This document shows positions 38,853 through 50,565 of a stretch of DNA of 64,000 nucleotides, one piece after another; within the stretch, counting starts at the first letter, position 1; the number at the start of each line of letters is the position of its first letter. Location: positions 111,386,372 through 111,450,371 of the forward strand of contig NC_090382.1 of assembly GCF_036365525.1 (NCBI RefSeq). Direction: 5' to 3'. The notes under the pieces were generated by a model that saw nothing but the letters and a program-made list of their open reading frames with translations, did not search any database and had not been told where the DNA came from. This DNA comes from Heterodontus francisci (Eukaryota). The position numbers and the translations under genes are program-made.

Positions 38853-39230
38853 GTATCTGAAATACGAACAGAAAATGCTGAAAATACTCAGCATGTCTGA
38901 CAACATCTGTGGAGAGAGAAACAGAGTTAATGTTTCAGGAGTTCTGAAGAAGAATTACTGACCGGAAACGTTAACTCTGCTTCTCTCTCCACAGATGCTG
39001 CCAGACCTGCTGAGTATTTCCAGCATTTCTTGTTTTTATTTCTAATTTTCAGCATCCGCAGTATTTTGCTTTTCTTTTAATGTTTCTGGTCCGTGTTCCG
39101 ATAAAAAGTCATTGACATGAGAAGTGAACTCTGTTTCTCTCTCCACGGATGCTGGCTGACCTAATGAGTATCTCCAGAATTTTCTGTTTTTATTTCAGAT
39201 TTCCAGCATCTGCAATATGTTGCTTTTCGA
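38853..39230. mobile_element. Cluster of Penelope-like terminal fragments (one inverted, two direct)
   Basis: AAATACTCAGC…CATCTGTGGAGAGAGAAACAGAGTTAA followed by its reverse complement and a second direct copy; CTGAAGA…GAAACGTT hammerhead-like core at 38940-38976. Confidence 0.8.
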
Positions 39231-40654
39231 AGCTGTATCTGAGTTACATGTGCGGTTGCGAATTGTTCAGAATGGTCCAACAATTCAAAAAAGTGGAAAT
39301 TAGCGTGTTGGCAATTCAAATGATATATTCCTCAAGGCGCAGCTAAAATTTATGTCTGTGATTTTCACTCTATATCAAATCTTTAAGATGCTGGCAAAGA
39401 AATGCCTGCGATGCTGCTCTGGGTTCCACTACTTTGGTCTACGTCACGTTTTTCTCTATCATCTGATTCCGATCTCCAGCTCCCTTACAACAATAAATCA
39501 TCCAACATTCCATCCATAGCGGTTTTATGCATATATGGAATTTTTTGTGTGGAATATCCATCATTAAAACATTGTCTTTGATTCGCAATACAGCCTTCAT
39601 CCTGTTTGTAAAATTTCTCTGGATCAATGATTCTACTTCCTATCCTTGCGAGTGTTTTCCTATTTCCAAAACATCACAATTTATGAAAGCTGCTGTCTAA
39701 TATCAGATTTCCCACTGTTTTAAATAGGCTAGTCCATTTTGAATTTAGGCTACTGGTGATCTCCCAGCTACATATCTCCTTAACTACTTTCCTTTTGATG
39801 ACGTTTGCTATGTCCTCCGATATTGTAAAGGCTTTCGTCTGGCTTTGTTTATTCTTACACAAGTTACTATTCTGTGATATGAAACCGAAAATTCCTTTCC
39901 TCATCCAATGCCGTATCTGTGATGCATCCAATAGGGAAATCAGGCGAACGTTCTTTATGTACAGGGTCGTTAGAATGTGAAACTCGCCACCACAAAGAGT
40001 AGTTGAGGTGACTAGGACATATGCATTTAAGGGGCATCGAGATAAAGTCATGATGGAAAACGAAATAGTTCATGAGATTAGACAAAGAAGGCTAGGAGGA
40101 AGATGGTAACGTGCACGAACAGCGGTATCAGCTTGTTGGGCTGAATGTCCTGCTTCTGTGCTGTACGTACAATGTATTACTGTGCAATACGATGTGATTG
40201 CAATATGACACTTTGGTTTTCCTTTGTCTGTCTCCAGACCAGCTGACTAGCTGAGTTCAGTGCAATGATTGTTCCCAGCCTTGCAATTTATCCAACTGTT
40301 TACACATAGCAATTTTGGCTCCATATCCTTTGCAGGTACATATTTATGCGATGTAGCTTGATAGATCCATGAGTCAGTGTTAAGTTAGGAATAGCTCTTC
40401 TACAGCCCATCCAAATAAGGATCTGCATAATACAGTTGGTTACGAATAAGTCCAATATATATCGTTGAAATTAGATGCTTAGTGCGACATTGTAGCTTGC
40501 ACACTGTGAGATGTGTTAAATGCATCTTTAAACAATGCTGAAGGCAAATGTTTTAAGTTATAACTAGTTGCAAAATGTGGAACTACAGCTGCTGAAATAT
40601 ATAACTAGGTGATTGAATATGCAAATCATATATATCTCCAAGGTTTGGGCCAGT

Positions 40655-41990
40655 ATTTTTATTCATTCAGGGGATGAAGGCATCGCTGGCAAGGTCAGCA
40701 TTTATTTCCTTCCCTCATTGTCCTTGAGAAGGTGGTAGTGATTTGCCTTCTTGAACAGTTGTTCAATATATAAGCTTGTGGATGAGGTGTCAAACAAGCT
40801 TGCTGCTTTGAGCCGGATTGTTTCGAGCTTCTTCTGTCATGTTGGAGCTGCACTCATCCAGACAAATGGTGAGCATTTCAATACTTGTAGATGGTGGAAA
40901 GGCTTTAGGGAGTGAAAAAGTGCACTATACACCACAGAATACCCAGATTTTGACCTGCTCTTGTAGCCACAGTATGTTATGTTATTGGTCCAGTTAAGAT
41001 TCTAGACAATGGTGCCATCCAGGATGTTGATGCCAGGGAATTCAGCGATAGTAATGCCGTTTAATGTCCAGTTGAGGTGGTTAGATTTTGTTTTGTTGAC
41101 AGTGCCATTGTTTGACACTTATGTGACGTGACTGTTACTTGCCCGTTATCAGCCCAAGCCTAGATGTTGTTCAGATCTTGCTACATAAGGGCATGGACAG
41201 CTTCATCATCTGAGGAGTTGAGAATGGAACTCAACATAATGCAAACATCGGTGATCATCCCCACTTCTGACCTTATGATAGAAGGAAGGTGATTGATGAA
41301 ACAGCTAAAGATGGTTGATGCCACACACGGTCAAATAATGCCTTGATGTTGAGCACAGTTACTCGCACTCCACCTCTAGAATTCTGTTCCTTTGTCCATA
41401 CTTGGACCAAGGCAGCAGTATGGACTGGGCCAAGTGGTCCTACAGAACCCAAATTGAGCATTGTTGAGCGGATTATTGGTGAGTAAGTGCCACACGATGT
41501 CAATGACACATTCTATCACTTTTCTGATGATTGTGAGAGGACCAATTAAGTCGTAATTGATCAGACTGGCTATCTCCTGCTTTTTGTAGACAAGACCTGG
41601 GCAATTTTCAGCATTTTCGATAGATGCCAGTGTTGTAGCTGTATTGGAAGAGTGTAGCAAGGGGCATCGCTTGTTCTGGAGGAGAAGTCTTCACACTAAA
41701 TTTGGAATATTGTTGGAAAACGTAGCCTTTGGTGTGTGCAGTGCACTCTAGTCACTTTTTGATATCACGTGGAGTCAATCGAATTGGCTGAAGACTGGCA
41801 ACGAAGATCATGTTGACCTCAACACTTATGGCATTTTCTTTTGTACTCATGTGCTAGGCTCCACCATCGCTGAAAATGGGAATATTCATGTAGCCGCTTC
41901 CTCCTGCTAGTTGTTAAATTGTCGATTACCATTCACAACTGGATGTGGCAAGAAGCGGCTTTGAACTGATGTGTTGGTTGAGCGATCACT
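40655..41990 (-). mobile_element. Degenerate L2/CR1-type LINE
   Basis: Collinear with 30885-32270; LNIKALFDRVWH RT peptide. Confidence 0.75.
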
Positions 41991-44102
41991 TAGGTCTGTC
42001 AAAAGCATGCTGCTTCCACTGGTTGGACTGCAGAAAAACAAACACATACTGCTGAAACTCCACATTTCGAACCAATTGGAACAAGGCTCGATGTTGTGTG
42101 TTATGTCTATTCTATGATCTGAAAGAATGTGGCAAATGTGTACTGCTGGGGAGGAGCTTCTGACACTTGTTATCAACTAACGATGGGTGAACCCTATGTT
42201 CATCAGTTGCCAAATCTAATTAAGTGACTATTATTATTGGGGAGGACGATCTTTTGTGTTTGGAGTCAGTGTGACTCAAAGCTGATCATCTTGTTGTTCC
42301 AACGAAACCTGCTTTGGCAGCATTTGTTGCCCCTACAGAACAAACCATATTTTATTCTGGAAAAGCCAACATCTTCAACTGTCTAGGTTTTGCAGCAACT
42401 TAGCTTTGAAACACTTAAATGTCAGCTCTATATGTCCTGGTCTCAAACATCTGCCTCACAAAAAAAGAGTTATTTTGTCTTCTTCACGTTCATCAATTTC
42501 TCCTACTTATTACTTACTTGGAACTATAAAATCTAAATCCACAGCTGTAGGTACCGAGTCAACAGAAAAACCCATGATGAGAATATAGCTTGGGATGAAG
42601 AAGCCCATCTTATCTGTTGAGAATTTCATTCCTACTGCTTCTTTGTTGCAGTACTTTTTTTTCTCTCAAATGAGTATTGATTATCATGAATATAACATGT
42701 TATATTCATGGAGAGCGAGGATGCCCTAGAGTGGTGAAGGGCAGAATTTATTTGGTTCCAGGTAACAAACAATAGAAGCAGCGTTACACTAATGGATGTA
42801 TTCTATAGGCCACTAACTAATGGGAAATATATAAATGAACAAATTTGCAAGAAAATTACAGAGAAGTGCAAAACTCTAGAGTAGTTATAATGGGAGAATT
42901 GAGTTATTCTAATGTAGACTTCTCATATAGACTGGGACAGCAACTGTGTAAAGAGCAGAGAGCAGGACAAATTTCTTAAGTGTGTTCAGGAGAATTTCCT
43001 AGGTCAATATGTTTCCAGTGCAACGTGGAAGGAGGCGGTGCTGGGTCTGGTTCTGGGAAATGAGAGAGGGCAAGTGGATCAAGTATCAGTAGGGAAACGT
43101 TTAGGGGATAGTGATCATAGTGCATTGTCATAAGGTTTAGGTTAGTTGTGGAAAAGAACAAGGAGCAATACAGAGTAAAAATAATTAATTGAGATAGGGC
43201 AAATTTCAATGGGGCGGAAATGGATTTGTTCCCGGTAAATTGGAATAAATGATTGGCAGACAAAACTGTAAGTGCCTTTAAAGATGATATAGTTAAGCAC
43301 AGCCGAGGTACGTAATCACGATGGGAAAAGGTATGGCAAACAAAGCCAAACCTCCCTGGATGTCGAAAGAGATAGAATCAGAAGAAGGGCGTGTGTGACA
43401 GATGTCAGGTTGATTGTACAAATAAGAACCAGGATAAATATAGAAGGTCGGGGAAATGATGGAAAGACCAGCAAAGAGAGATTACAAGAGACTGGCGGCC
43501 AACATAAAAGGTAATTCAAAACTCCTCTATAGAGATATAAATAGTAAAATGGATAAAAGAGCGATAAAGGGAAGAGTAGAGCTGACGAGAGACCAAAAGG
43601 TGGATTTACATATGGAAGCAGAGGGTATAGCTGAGGTATTAAATGAGTACTTTTCAGCTGCTTATACCAAGGAAGAAGATGCTGCCAAAGTCATTCTGAA
43701 AGGGAAGGTTGTTGAAACACTTGATGGGCTAAATAATAACCTGATAAAGAGGATTTATTAGACATGTTGGCTGTACTTAAAGTTGATAAGTCACCCGGAC
43801 TGGATGAGATGTATCCGAGGGTACTGAAGGAAAGAAGGCTGGAAATTGTAGAGGCACTGGCCATAAAGGTCCAATTCTCCTTAGATACAGCGGTGGTGAC
43901 AGAGGACTTCAGAATTGCAAATGTTACACTTTTGTTCAAAAAAGGGTGTAAGGATGTTTCAAGCAAGCACAGTTTAACCTCGATGGTGGGAAAGCTTTTA
44001 GAAACGATGACTCAGGACAAAATTGACAGTCACTTGGACAAATGTGGATTAATTTTTTTAAAAGCCAGATGGATTTATAAGGGAAAATCGTGTTTAACTA
44101 CT

Positions 44103-44285
44103 AAAATAAAAGCACAATACGGCGGATGCTGGAAATCTGAAATGAAAACAGAAAGCGCTGTAAATACTCAGCAGGTGTGGCAGCATCTGTGGAGAGAGAA
44201 AGAGTTAATGTTTCAGGTCTGTGGCCTTTCATCAGAACCCAGCCAGACCTGCTGAGTATTTCCAGCACTTTCTGTTTCTATTTCG
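44103..44285 (-). mobile_element. Penelope-like terminal fragment with short inverted copy
   Basis: GGATGCTGGAAATCTGAAATGAAAACAG…CAGCATCTGTGGAGAGAG, then CCAGACCTGCTGAGTATTTCCAGC in the opposite orientation. Confidence 0.8.
44203..44239 (-). ncRNA. Minimal type I hammerhead ribozyme-like motif
   Basis: Minus strand GGTT-CTGATGA-AAGGCCacaGACCT-GAAA-CATT-AACT. Confidence 0.55.
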
Positions 44286-44322
44286 TGCTTACCTAATTTT
44301 ATTAATTTTTTGATGAGGTAAT

Positions 44323-45662
44323 TTCTTTCTTTTGGGCCTCCTTATCTCGAGAGACAATGGATACGCGCCTGGAGGTGGTCAGTGGTTTGTGAAGCAGCGC
44401 CTGGAGTGGCTATAAAGGCCAATTCTGGAGTGACAGGCTCTTCCACAGGTGCTGCAGAGAAATTTGTTTGTTGGGGCTGTTGCACAGTTGGCTCTCCCCT
44501 TGCGCCTCTGTCTTTTTTCCTGCCAACTACTAAGTCTCTTCGACTCGCCACAATTTAGCCCTGTCTTTATGGCTGCCCGCCAGCTCTGGCGAATGCTGGC
44601 AACTGACTCCCACGACTTGTGATCAATGTCACACGATTTCATGTCGCGTTTGCAGACGTCTTTATAACGGAGACATGGACGGCCGGTGGGTCTGATACCA
44701 GTGGCGAGCTCGCTGTACAATGTGTCTTTGGGGATCCTGCCATCTTCCATGCGGCTCACATGGCCAAGCCATCTCAAGCGCCGCTGACTCAGTAGTGTGT
44801 ATAAGCTGGGGGTGTTGGCCGCTTCAAGGACTTCTGTGTTGGAGATATAGTCCTGCCACCTGATGCCAAGTATTCTCCGAAGGCAGCGAAGATGGAATGA
44901 ATTGAGACGTCGCTCTTGGCTGGCATACGTTGTCCAGGCCTCGCTGCCGTAGAGCAAGGTACTGAGGACACAGGCCTGATACACTCGGACTTTTGTGTTC
45001 CGTGTCAGTGCGCCATTTTCCCACACTCTCTTGGCCAGTCTGGACATAGCAGTGGAAGCCTTACCCATGCGCTTGTTGATTTCTGCATCTAGAGACAGGT
45101 TACTGGTGATAGTTGAGCCTAGGTAGGTGAACTCTTGAACCACTTCCAGAGCGTGGTCGCCAATATTGATGGATGGAGCATTTCTGACATCCTGCCCCAT
45201 GATGTTCGTTTTCTTGAGGCTGATGGTTAGGCCAAATTCATTGCAGGCAGACGCAAACCTGTCGATGAGACTCTGCAGGCATTCTTCAGTGTGAGATGTT
45301 AAAGCAGCATCGTCAGCAAAGAGGAGTTCTCTGATGAGGACTTTCCGTACTTTGGACTTCGCTCTTAGACGGGCAAGGTTGAACAACCTGCCCCCTGATC
45401 TTGTGTGGAGGAAAATTCCTTCTTCAGAGGATTTGAACGCATGTGAAAGCAGCAGGGAGAAGAAAATCCCAAAAAGTGTGGGTGCGAGAACACAGCCCTG
45501 TTTCACACCACTCAGGATAGGAAAGGGCTCTGATGAGGAGCCACCATGTTGAATTGTGCCTTTCATATTGTCATGGAATGAGGTGATGATACTTAGTAGC
45601 TTTGGTGGACATCCGATCTTTTCTAGTAGTCTGAAGAGACCACGTCTGCTGACGAGGTCAAA
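44323..45662 (-). mobile_element. Young 5'-truncated RTE-clade LINE (RT C-terminal half)
   Basis: Uninterrupted ORF: GVKQGCVLAPTLF, ELLFADDAAL, FTYLGS, RLRWLGHVSRM, C-terminal CxxC…HxxxC; short (A/G)-rich 3' tail; flanks rejoin into the host CR1. Confidence 0.95.
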
Positions 45663-45727
45663 TAGTGAGGGTTGATGAGGGTAATGTGGTTGATGTGATG
45701 TACATGGACTTCCAAAAGGCGTTTGAT

Positions 45728-47568
45728 ACAGGGCAGGGCTCAATGGCAGGAGGGGCTGTGGAGTTGGTGTCCATGCTCAGAAGGCCCTGAGGGGAGCCCC
45801 AAGATGTGGATGGCAGCTACTCTTCCTCCCTTTGAAGGCTCACTTGAACCTCCCTGCTCACCAGAGAAGGACGACGAGTGGGGGAAGTTTCCAGGCTTCT
45901 GTTCCTTCGCTCAGCTTCCCAGTGCTGCGTCGAGCTCATGGCCAAGGCCATGGTGTGCAGGTCTGCACAGATGCATGCATCTGTGGAATTTGGCTCATCA
46001 TGAAAGTCACCGACCTCTTGATGGAGGAAGCCATGCACTCACATGCCTTAGACATGGAAACACTCATGGCATGGATGGACTCCTTCATCATCTGATCATG
46101 GTTGTGCATGCCCTTTGGTATTTCTGCCATATGTTGCCATACCTCGTTCTGAAACTCCATCATGCCCTGTGCTGTCAACACCAGAAGCTCCTCATCAGCC
46201 GGGAGCTCCACAAGTGCCTGGCCACCGAAAATCCTCTGGCTGTTGGAGAGCTTCGGCTGTCTCAACCGCAGCCAGCTGATCAGGCGCATATGTAGTGCTC
46301 TTACAAGCTTGTGACCTTAATTTTAATGCCAAGCAGTTACCCACTGCTGCATTCTCTGTGTGGTCCTCCTCCTCAGAGGTGGACAGCTGTCCCCATGTAG
46401 CTGCAGTCCCCTGTGCACGGCGTGAAAGAACACATTTGTGGGTTAGGCTGTGAAGATCTCGTCATGTCAACCATGCATGGTGTGGTTCGCCATTAAAACA
46501 ATTATGTCAGTGAAGGCAAATCTTCCCTTTCTTGTGCAGGGACTTCAGTCTCCCCATCCAAAATTGCTGGGCCACCCAGGGTCCCCACCAGTTCCAAGGC
46601 CTTTTCCTTGGCAGTCGTGAGAGGATGCAGAGCTGGGACAATGCCACCATTCTGGGCGATCTCCCTCCTATTATGGGCCCTCTTATCTTGCAAGAGGAAA
46701 GATGGAGACAGTGGAGATTGCCAGAGCGATCAACATGACATTCCTGCTAGTTTCAGACCTTCATTCCCTGCTGGGGGAACTGATATCTTTCATGCTGACG
46801 CACAATGCCAGAGGGGTTAGAGGTGGTAAGCGATGAAGGACAGTTTCCTGTGGCTGAGATACAGGCATGCATCTGTCAAGATGAGGTCCTAATCTTGCAC
46901 CTCTGCCATTGCTAAAATATTAACAACCTCCCCATATCACGCATCACCCCATGTTATCACATGCAATCCCCCTAAAGGCGAGTGGTATGAAGCACTCAAA
47001 CTGGCAGCATGCAGGAGGCCATTGACCTACTTCCTGCACTGGATGCAGTTATATTGGGTGACCCATGGCTGCTGAGCTCCTCTGCAATCGCCACCAAAGC
47101 TTGCTCGGTCAGTTGGGAGGAAGTCTTCTGGCTGTCACTGGGGAAGAAAACCTCCTATCTTTCCCTGACAGTCTGCAGGAGAATCTGCAGGGAGACATCA
47201 CTGAACCATGAGGCCACCCTTTGTCTTGCCTCGGCCATAATTTTCTGCAGTCCTCAGGGGATGGGGGGAGGGCAGTTTTGGAACCAGTCACAATAAGTGT
47301 AAAGCTCCTCCAAGCTGCCAATGAATCTAAGGCAGGAGTGAATGCATGGCTGTCTGGATTTTAAATATGGTGCCAGCAGCTGCACTGGCATCATCTGACA
47401 CCATAATCGGCGACGCTCATCCCGCCCTCGCACATGACTGGGGGGCCCACGTCTCCACTATGTAAAACCCACACATGATCATGGTCGGCCGCCCAAGCAA
47501 TGGACAGAAATGATGCATCTTTCCAGACCTGCCGCTGGGACCAGTGGCAGAATCATTAAATTCAGCCC
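45728..47568 (-). mobile_element. Degenerate PIF/Harbinger transposon remnant carrying the Myb/SANT DNA-binding protein gene
   Basis: Minus strand ~47240-47030 MAEARQRVASWFSDVSLQILLQTVRER*EVFFP… (Myb/SANT-like) and QDKRAHNRREIAQNGG; TIR-like TAAATTCAGCCC at ~47557-47568. Confidence 0.65.
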
Positions 47569-47569
47569 A

Positions 47570-48074
47570 CCATGTGAGGAGGTCACCCGGTAAAGCAAGG
47601 CAGCCACCCTATGGGCTTGGGGGAGCCTCCCCCATGGCCTACCTGTGGTCTACAGAGGGCCCCTGGTGGCAAAGGCCACCCCTACATGAAAACCCTTTGC
47701 CCTCAATGACCTCCCTCGCCCCCCCCCCCCCCCCCCCCCCACCACCTCACCAGGACCAGCCGGACTGGCCCCTGTGACCCCGCCACACTTACCTGGGGTC
47801 CGGGGTTCCGACAATGGTTTTGGTCCTGGGTCTCTTGTAATACCAGCAGTGGCCACCGTTCCTAGTGACGCTGCCGACACTGAGCTGCCAGGCTGTAATT
47901 GACCAGCAGCTCTGGGAGGCAGGGTCCCCATAAGGGCCGGGACCATGGCCCGGGCAGTTAATTGCCCAAGCACATTAACTAGAGCCAGGGTGGTCTCCAA
48001 AGGGCTAAGGTGGGGCTCCCTGTGCCTTTTAGGGTTGGTACCAGGATCCCCAAGGCTCCATAAAATTCAGCCCA
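47570..48074. mobile_element. Non-autonomous Harbinger-like fragment
   Basis: Terminal ATAAAATTCAGCCCA matches the TIR of 48383-50561; internal GAGCTGCC…CAGCAGCTCTGGGAGGCAGG is similar to 53435-53975. Confidence 0.55.
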
Positions 48075-48382
48075 TAGAGTGCAAAAGCAAGGAAGTTGTG
48101 GTGAACATTTGAAACACTGGTTTGACTTTAATTATGTCCAATTCTGTGCACCAAACTTTATAATGTATCTGAAGAGAGTGCACAAAGAATTTACAAGAAT
48201 GGTTCCATGGATGAGGCATTTAATTTACGAGGATAGATTGGAGAAGCTGGGGGTGTTCTCATTAAAGAGATAGTTGAAAAGAGACTTGATCGAGGGTTTC
48301 AAAATCATCAGGAGTCTGGACAGAGTAGATAAGGAGAAACTGTTCCCATTGGTGGAAGGTTTGACAACCAAAGGGGATTTAA

Positions 48383-50561
48383 TGGGCTGGATTTTACAAA
48401 TCCCACCACCCCCCCCCCCACCCCCCCCCGCCCCCACCACCAACCTCCAACGTGTCGGGTTACATGATGTGGAGAGGCGGGAAGTGCCTCTGGGAGAGGA
48501 CCATCATGCATTCTAACACTGGGAGGGCCTGGCCCAATATTGCTGGCAGCGGCGAGGCCTTGTGTCGGCCTCCCATTGCACAGTGATGGGACCCCCATTT
48601 ACATATTTAAATAAAGGAAAATGAATGCATTAATTATACTTATGTATGTGCCTGAGTTCCCGCTCCGATCTTTGGCCCGGTGGTCAGCATTCCTGCCCCT
48701 CCAGATCCCCATCCAGGGAAACGAGGTGGAACACTTTTGGGGAGGGGTGGAGGTAGGTTTCTCAGTGCATGAAGGGGTTAATGGGGTCAAAGTAACATCA
48801 TTGGTGTCAGGGATGGTGGGAAGGCTTTGGTGGGACCGCCAGAAGCATATCATGCAAGTCTATGTCTGCTTTCCAGGCAGCTACCGTGATGCCTTCATCC
48901 TGCGTCATTCCCAGGTGCCAGTGCTCTGGCCCAGATCAAGGGGTGAATTCTTGAAGACAAGGGATACCCCTTGCAGACATGGCTCCTGACACCGGTGAGA
49001 AACTCCACCAGTGATGCAAAGGAGTGATACAATGTCTGTCACAGTGCAACACGAGCCACCATTGGGCAGGTGATAGGCATGCTGAAGATGCGTTTCCAGT
49101 GCCTGGATAGATTGGGGGTGGGGGGGGGGGGGGTGGGTGGGTGGTGTCTTACATTACGCAGCAGAAAGGGTTGCTTGTATAGTTGCTGCATGCTGTGCTC
49201 TGCACAACTTTGCACTAAATAGGAGGGCGGCCTTGCAGGATGAGGAGAGACATGAACAGGACTCATCTTTGGATGATGACGAGGCAGAGGGCTTACAATA
49301 GGAAATGTGAATGGGAGGACAGAGAGCATCCCAGCAGTGCATGCAGGGTGAGCAGCGAACAAGGGATGCATGATGATGCCTTATTGCTCAGCACTTCACC
49401 AAACCCTTAAGTGCACCATTTGCTCTGCACGCCATACACCACCCTTGTTCACCTATCATGCAGCCGTCCACATTTGTAAACATCTTTGTCTCCACCATTA
49501 CTATTACCCGTAAAAACCTACTTGTGTCATGATGTGTTTTTGAAACATTTTTGGGTGCTGTTTTGCGGTGCCACTTCTGTGCTAACACCTTGACGAGAGG
49601 CTTGGTATCAAAAGGCTGTAGTTCACACAGGACCCCAAACTCTCCTTCTACAATGGCACATCTTCCCTGGATATCAGTTAGCTCTGGGGCCTCCTCCTCG
49701 GCCTGTGTCAGCGGTCGCATGTCTGGCACCCGTCCACCTGTCCTAGATGCCTCCTGCACATTGTAGCCCTCTTAACCTGGAGGAGTAAGGAGGCATAGAT
49801 TGAGCATTGCCAAACAACAGCATGACACAAATGTGGGGGAAGCTCGGTCTGTAGGTGCCATGCTCTGTGCAGCAAACAAAGGTGAGTTCTTTCATACATG
49901 TAGCATGATTCCTCCATGCCCGATCTCCCTGTCTTTGGCATGGCAGTGGCACCCATATGCCACTGTGTGGGGACACCCAGGTCAAGCAGAGCTATGCAAC
50001 AAAGTGCCACTTACCTTTGCCAAGTGCAAGAGGTTGTTCACCCACTTGTGGCACCGCACTCAGTCTCGATGGCTAGCCCCATGGCTGCTTACCTCCTCTG
50101 CTTTCTCCGTCCAGGCTTGCTTGGCCAGGCGGAAGGGCCTCTTCTTACCAACGCTGAGTAAAAGAACCTCCCACCTAGCCCGTGCAGCTTAGAGGAGAGT
50201 GAGCAGGGAGGCTTTGCTGAACGTGGGGCCACCCTTCCTCCCACCTTTGCCATCCTCGTGTGCATTCCAGGGGTCTTGATTTACAGATGTGCCTGAACAG
50301 ATTATTCTGTGCTGCCTGGTCAGCTCATGCAGCAATGTTCTGAAAGAGATTTTGAATGAATGCAGGGAAGGCTGCTATTTCAATATGGTGCGAGCACCTG
50401 CTGATTTGTCAGCCAGCCCACCCCCTCCACATCATTGCGGGGCTGTGGCCCGACCTGGGCTTGCTAATGAGCCACCGCGCTTAGGATCGCGGCGGCTCCG
50501 TGATATACCATGTTTATTTTCACCCCACGATATCAGTGGTGGGCTTGTAAAATTCAGCTCA
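48383..50561. mobile_element. Internally deleted PIF/Harbinger DNA transposon with TIRs, TAA TSD, transposase (+) and Myb/SANT (-) remnants
   Basis: TAA|TGGGCTGGATTTTACAAATCCCACC … GGTGGGCTTGTAAAATTCAGCTCA|TAA; plus strand DKGYPLQTWLLTPVRN…IGMLKMRFQCLD (HARBI1-like DDE); minus strand FSKASLLTLL…KQAWTEKAEEVSS…RCHKWVNNL. Confidence 0.85.
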
Positions 50562-50565
50562 TAAT

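Larger units (their letters stand above)
42715..48380 (+). mobile_element. Old CR1 LINE host (pieces ~42715-44100, 44286-44322, 45663-45727, 48075-48380)
   Basis: AEVLNEYFS, KVDKSPGLDEMYPRVLKE, DVMYMDFQKAFD, DLIEGFKII; interrupted by Penelope, RTE and Harbinger insertions. Confidence 0.85.

Noticed and set aside
45663-45743. N-terminus MSPALYQTPFGSP… of the 454-aa ORF
   Set aside because: Antisense host CR1 sequence fused by chance to the 5'-truncated RTE.
47719-49143. Poly-C/poly-G runs giving Pro/Gly-rich ORFs
   Set aside because: Low-complexity tracts within Harbinger remnants; no evidence of coding function.
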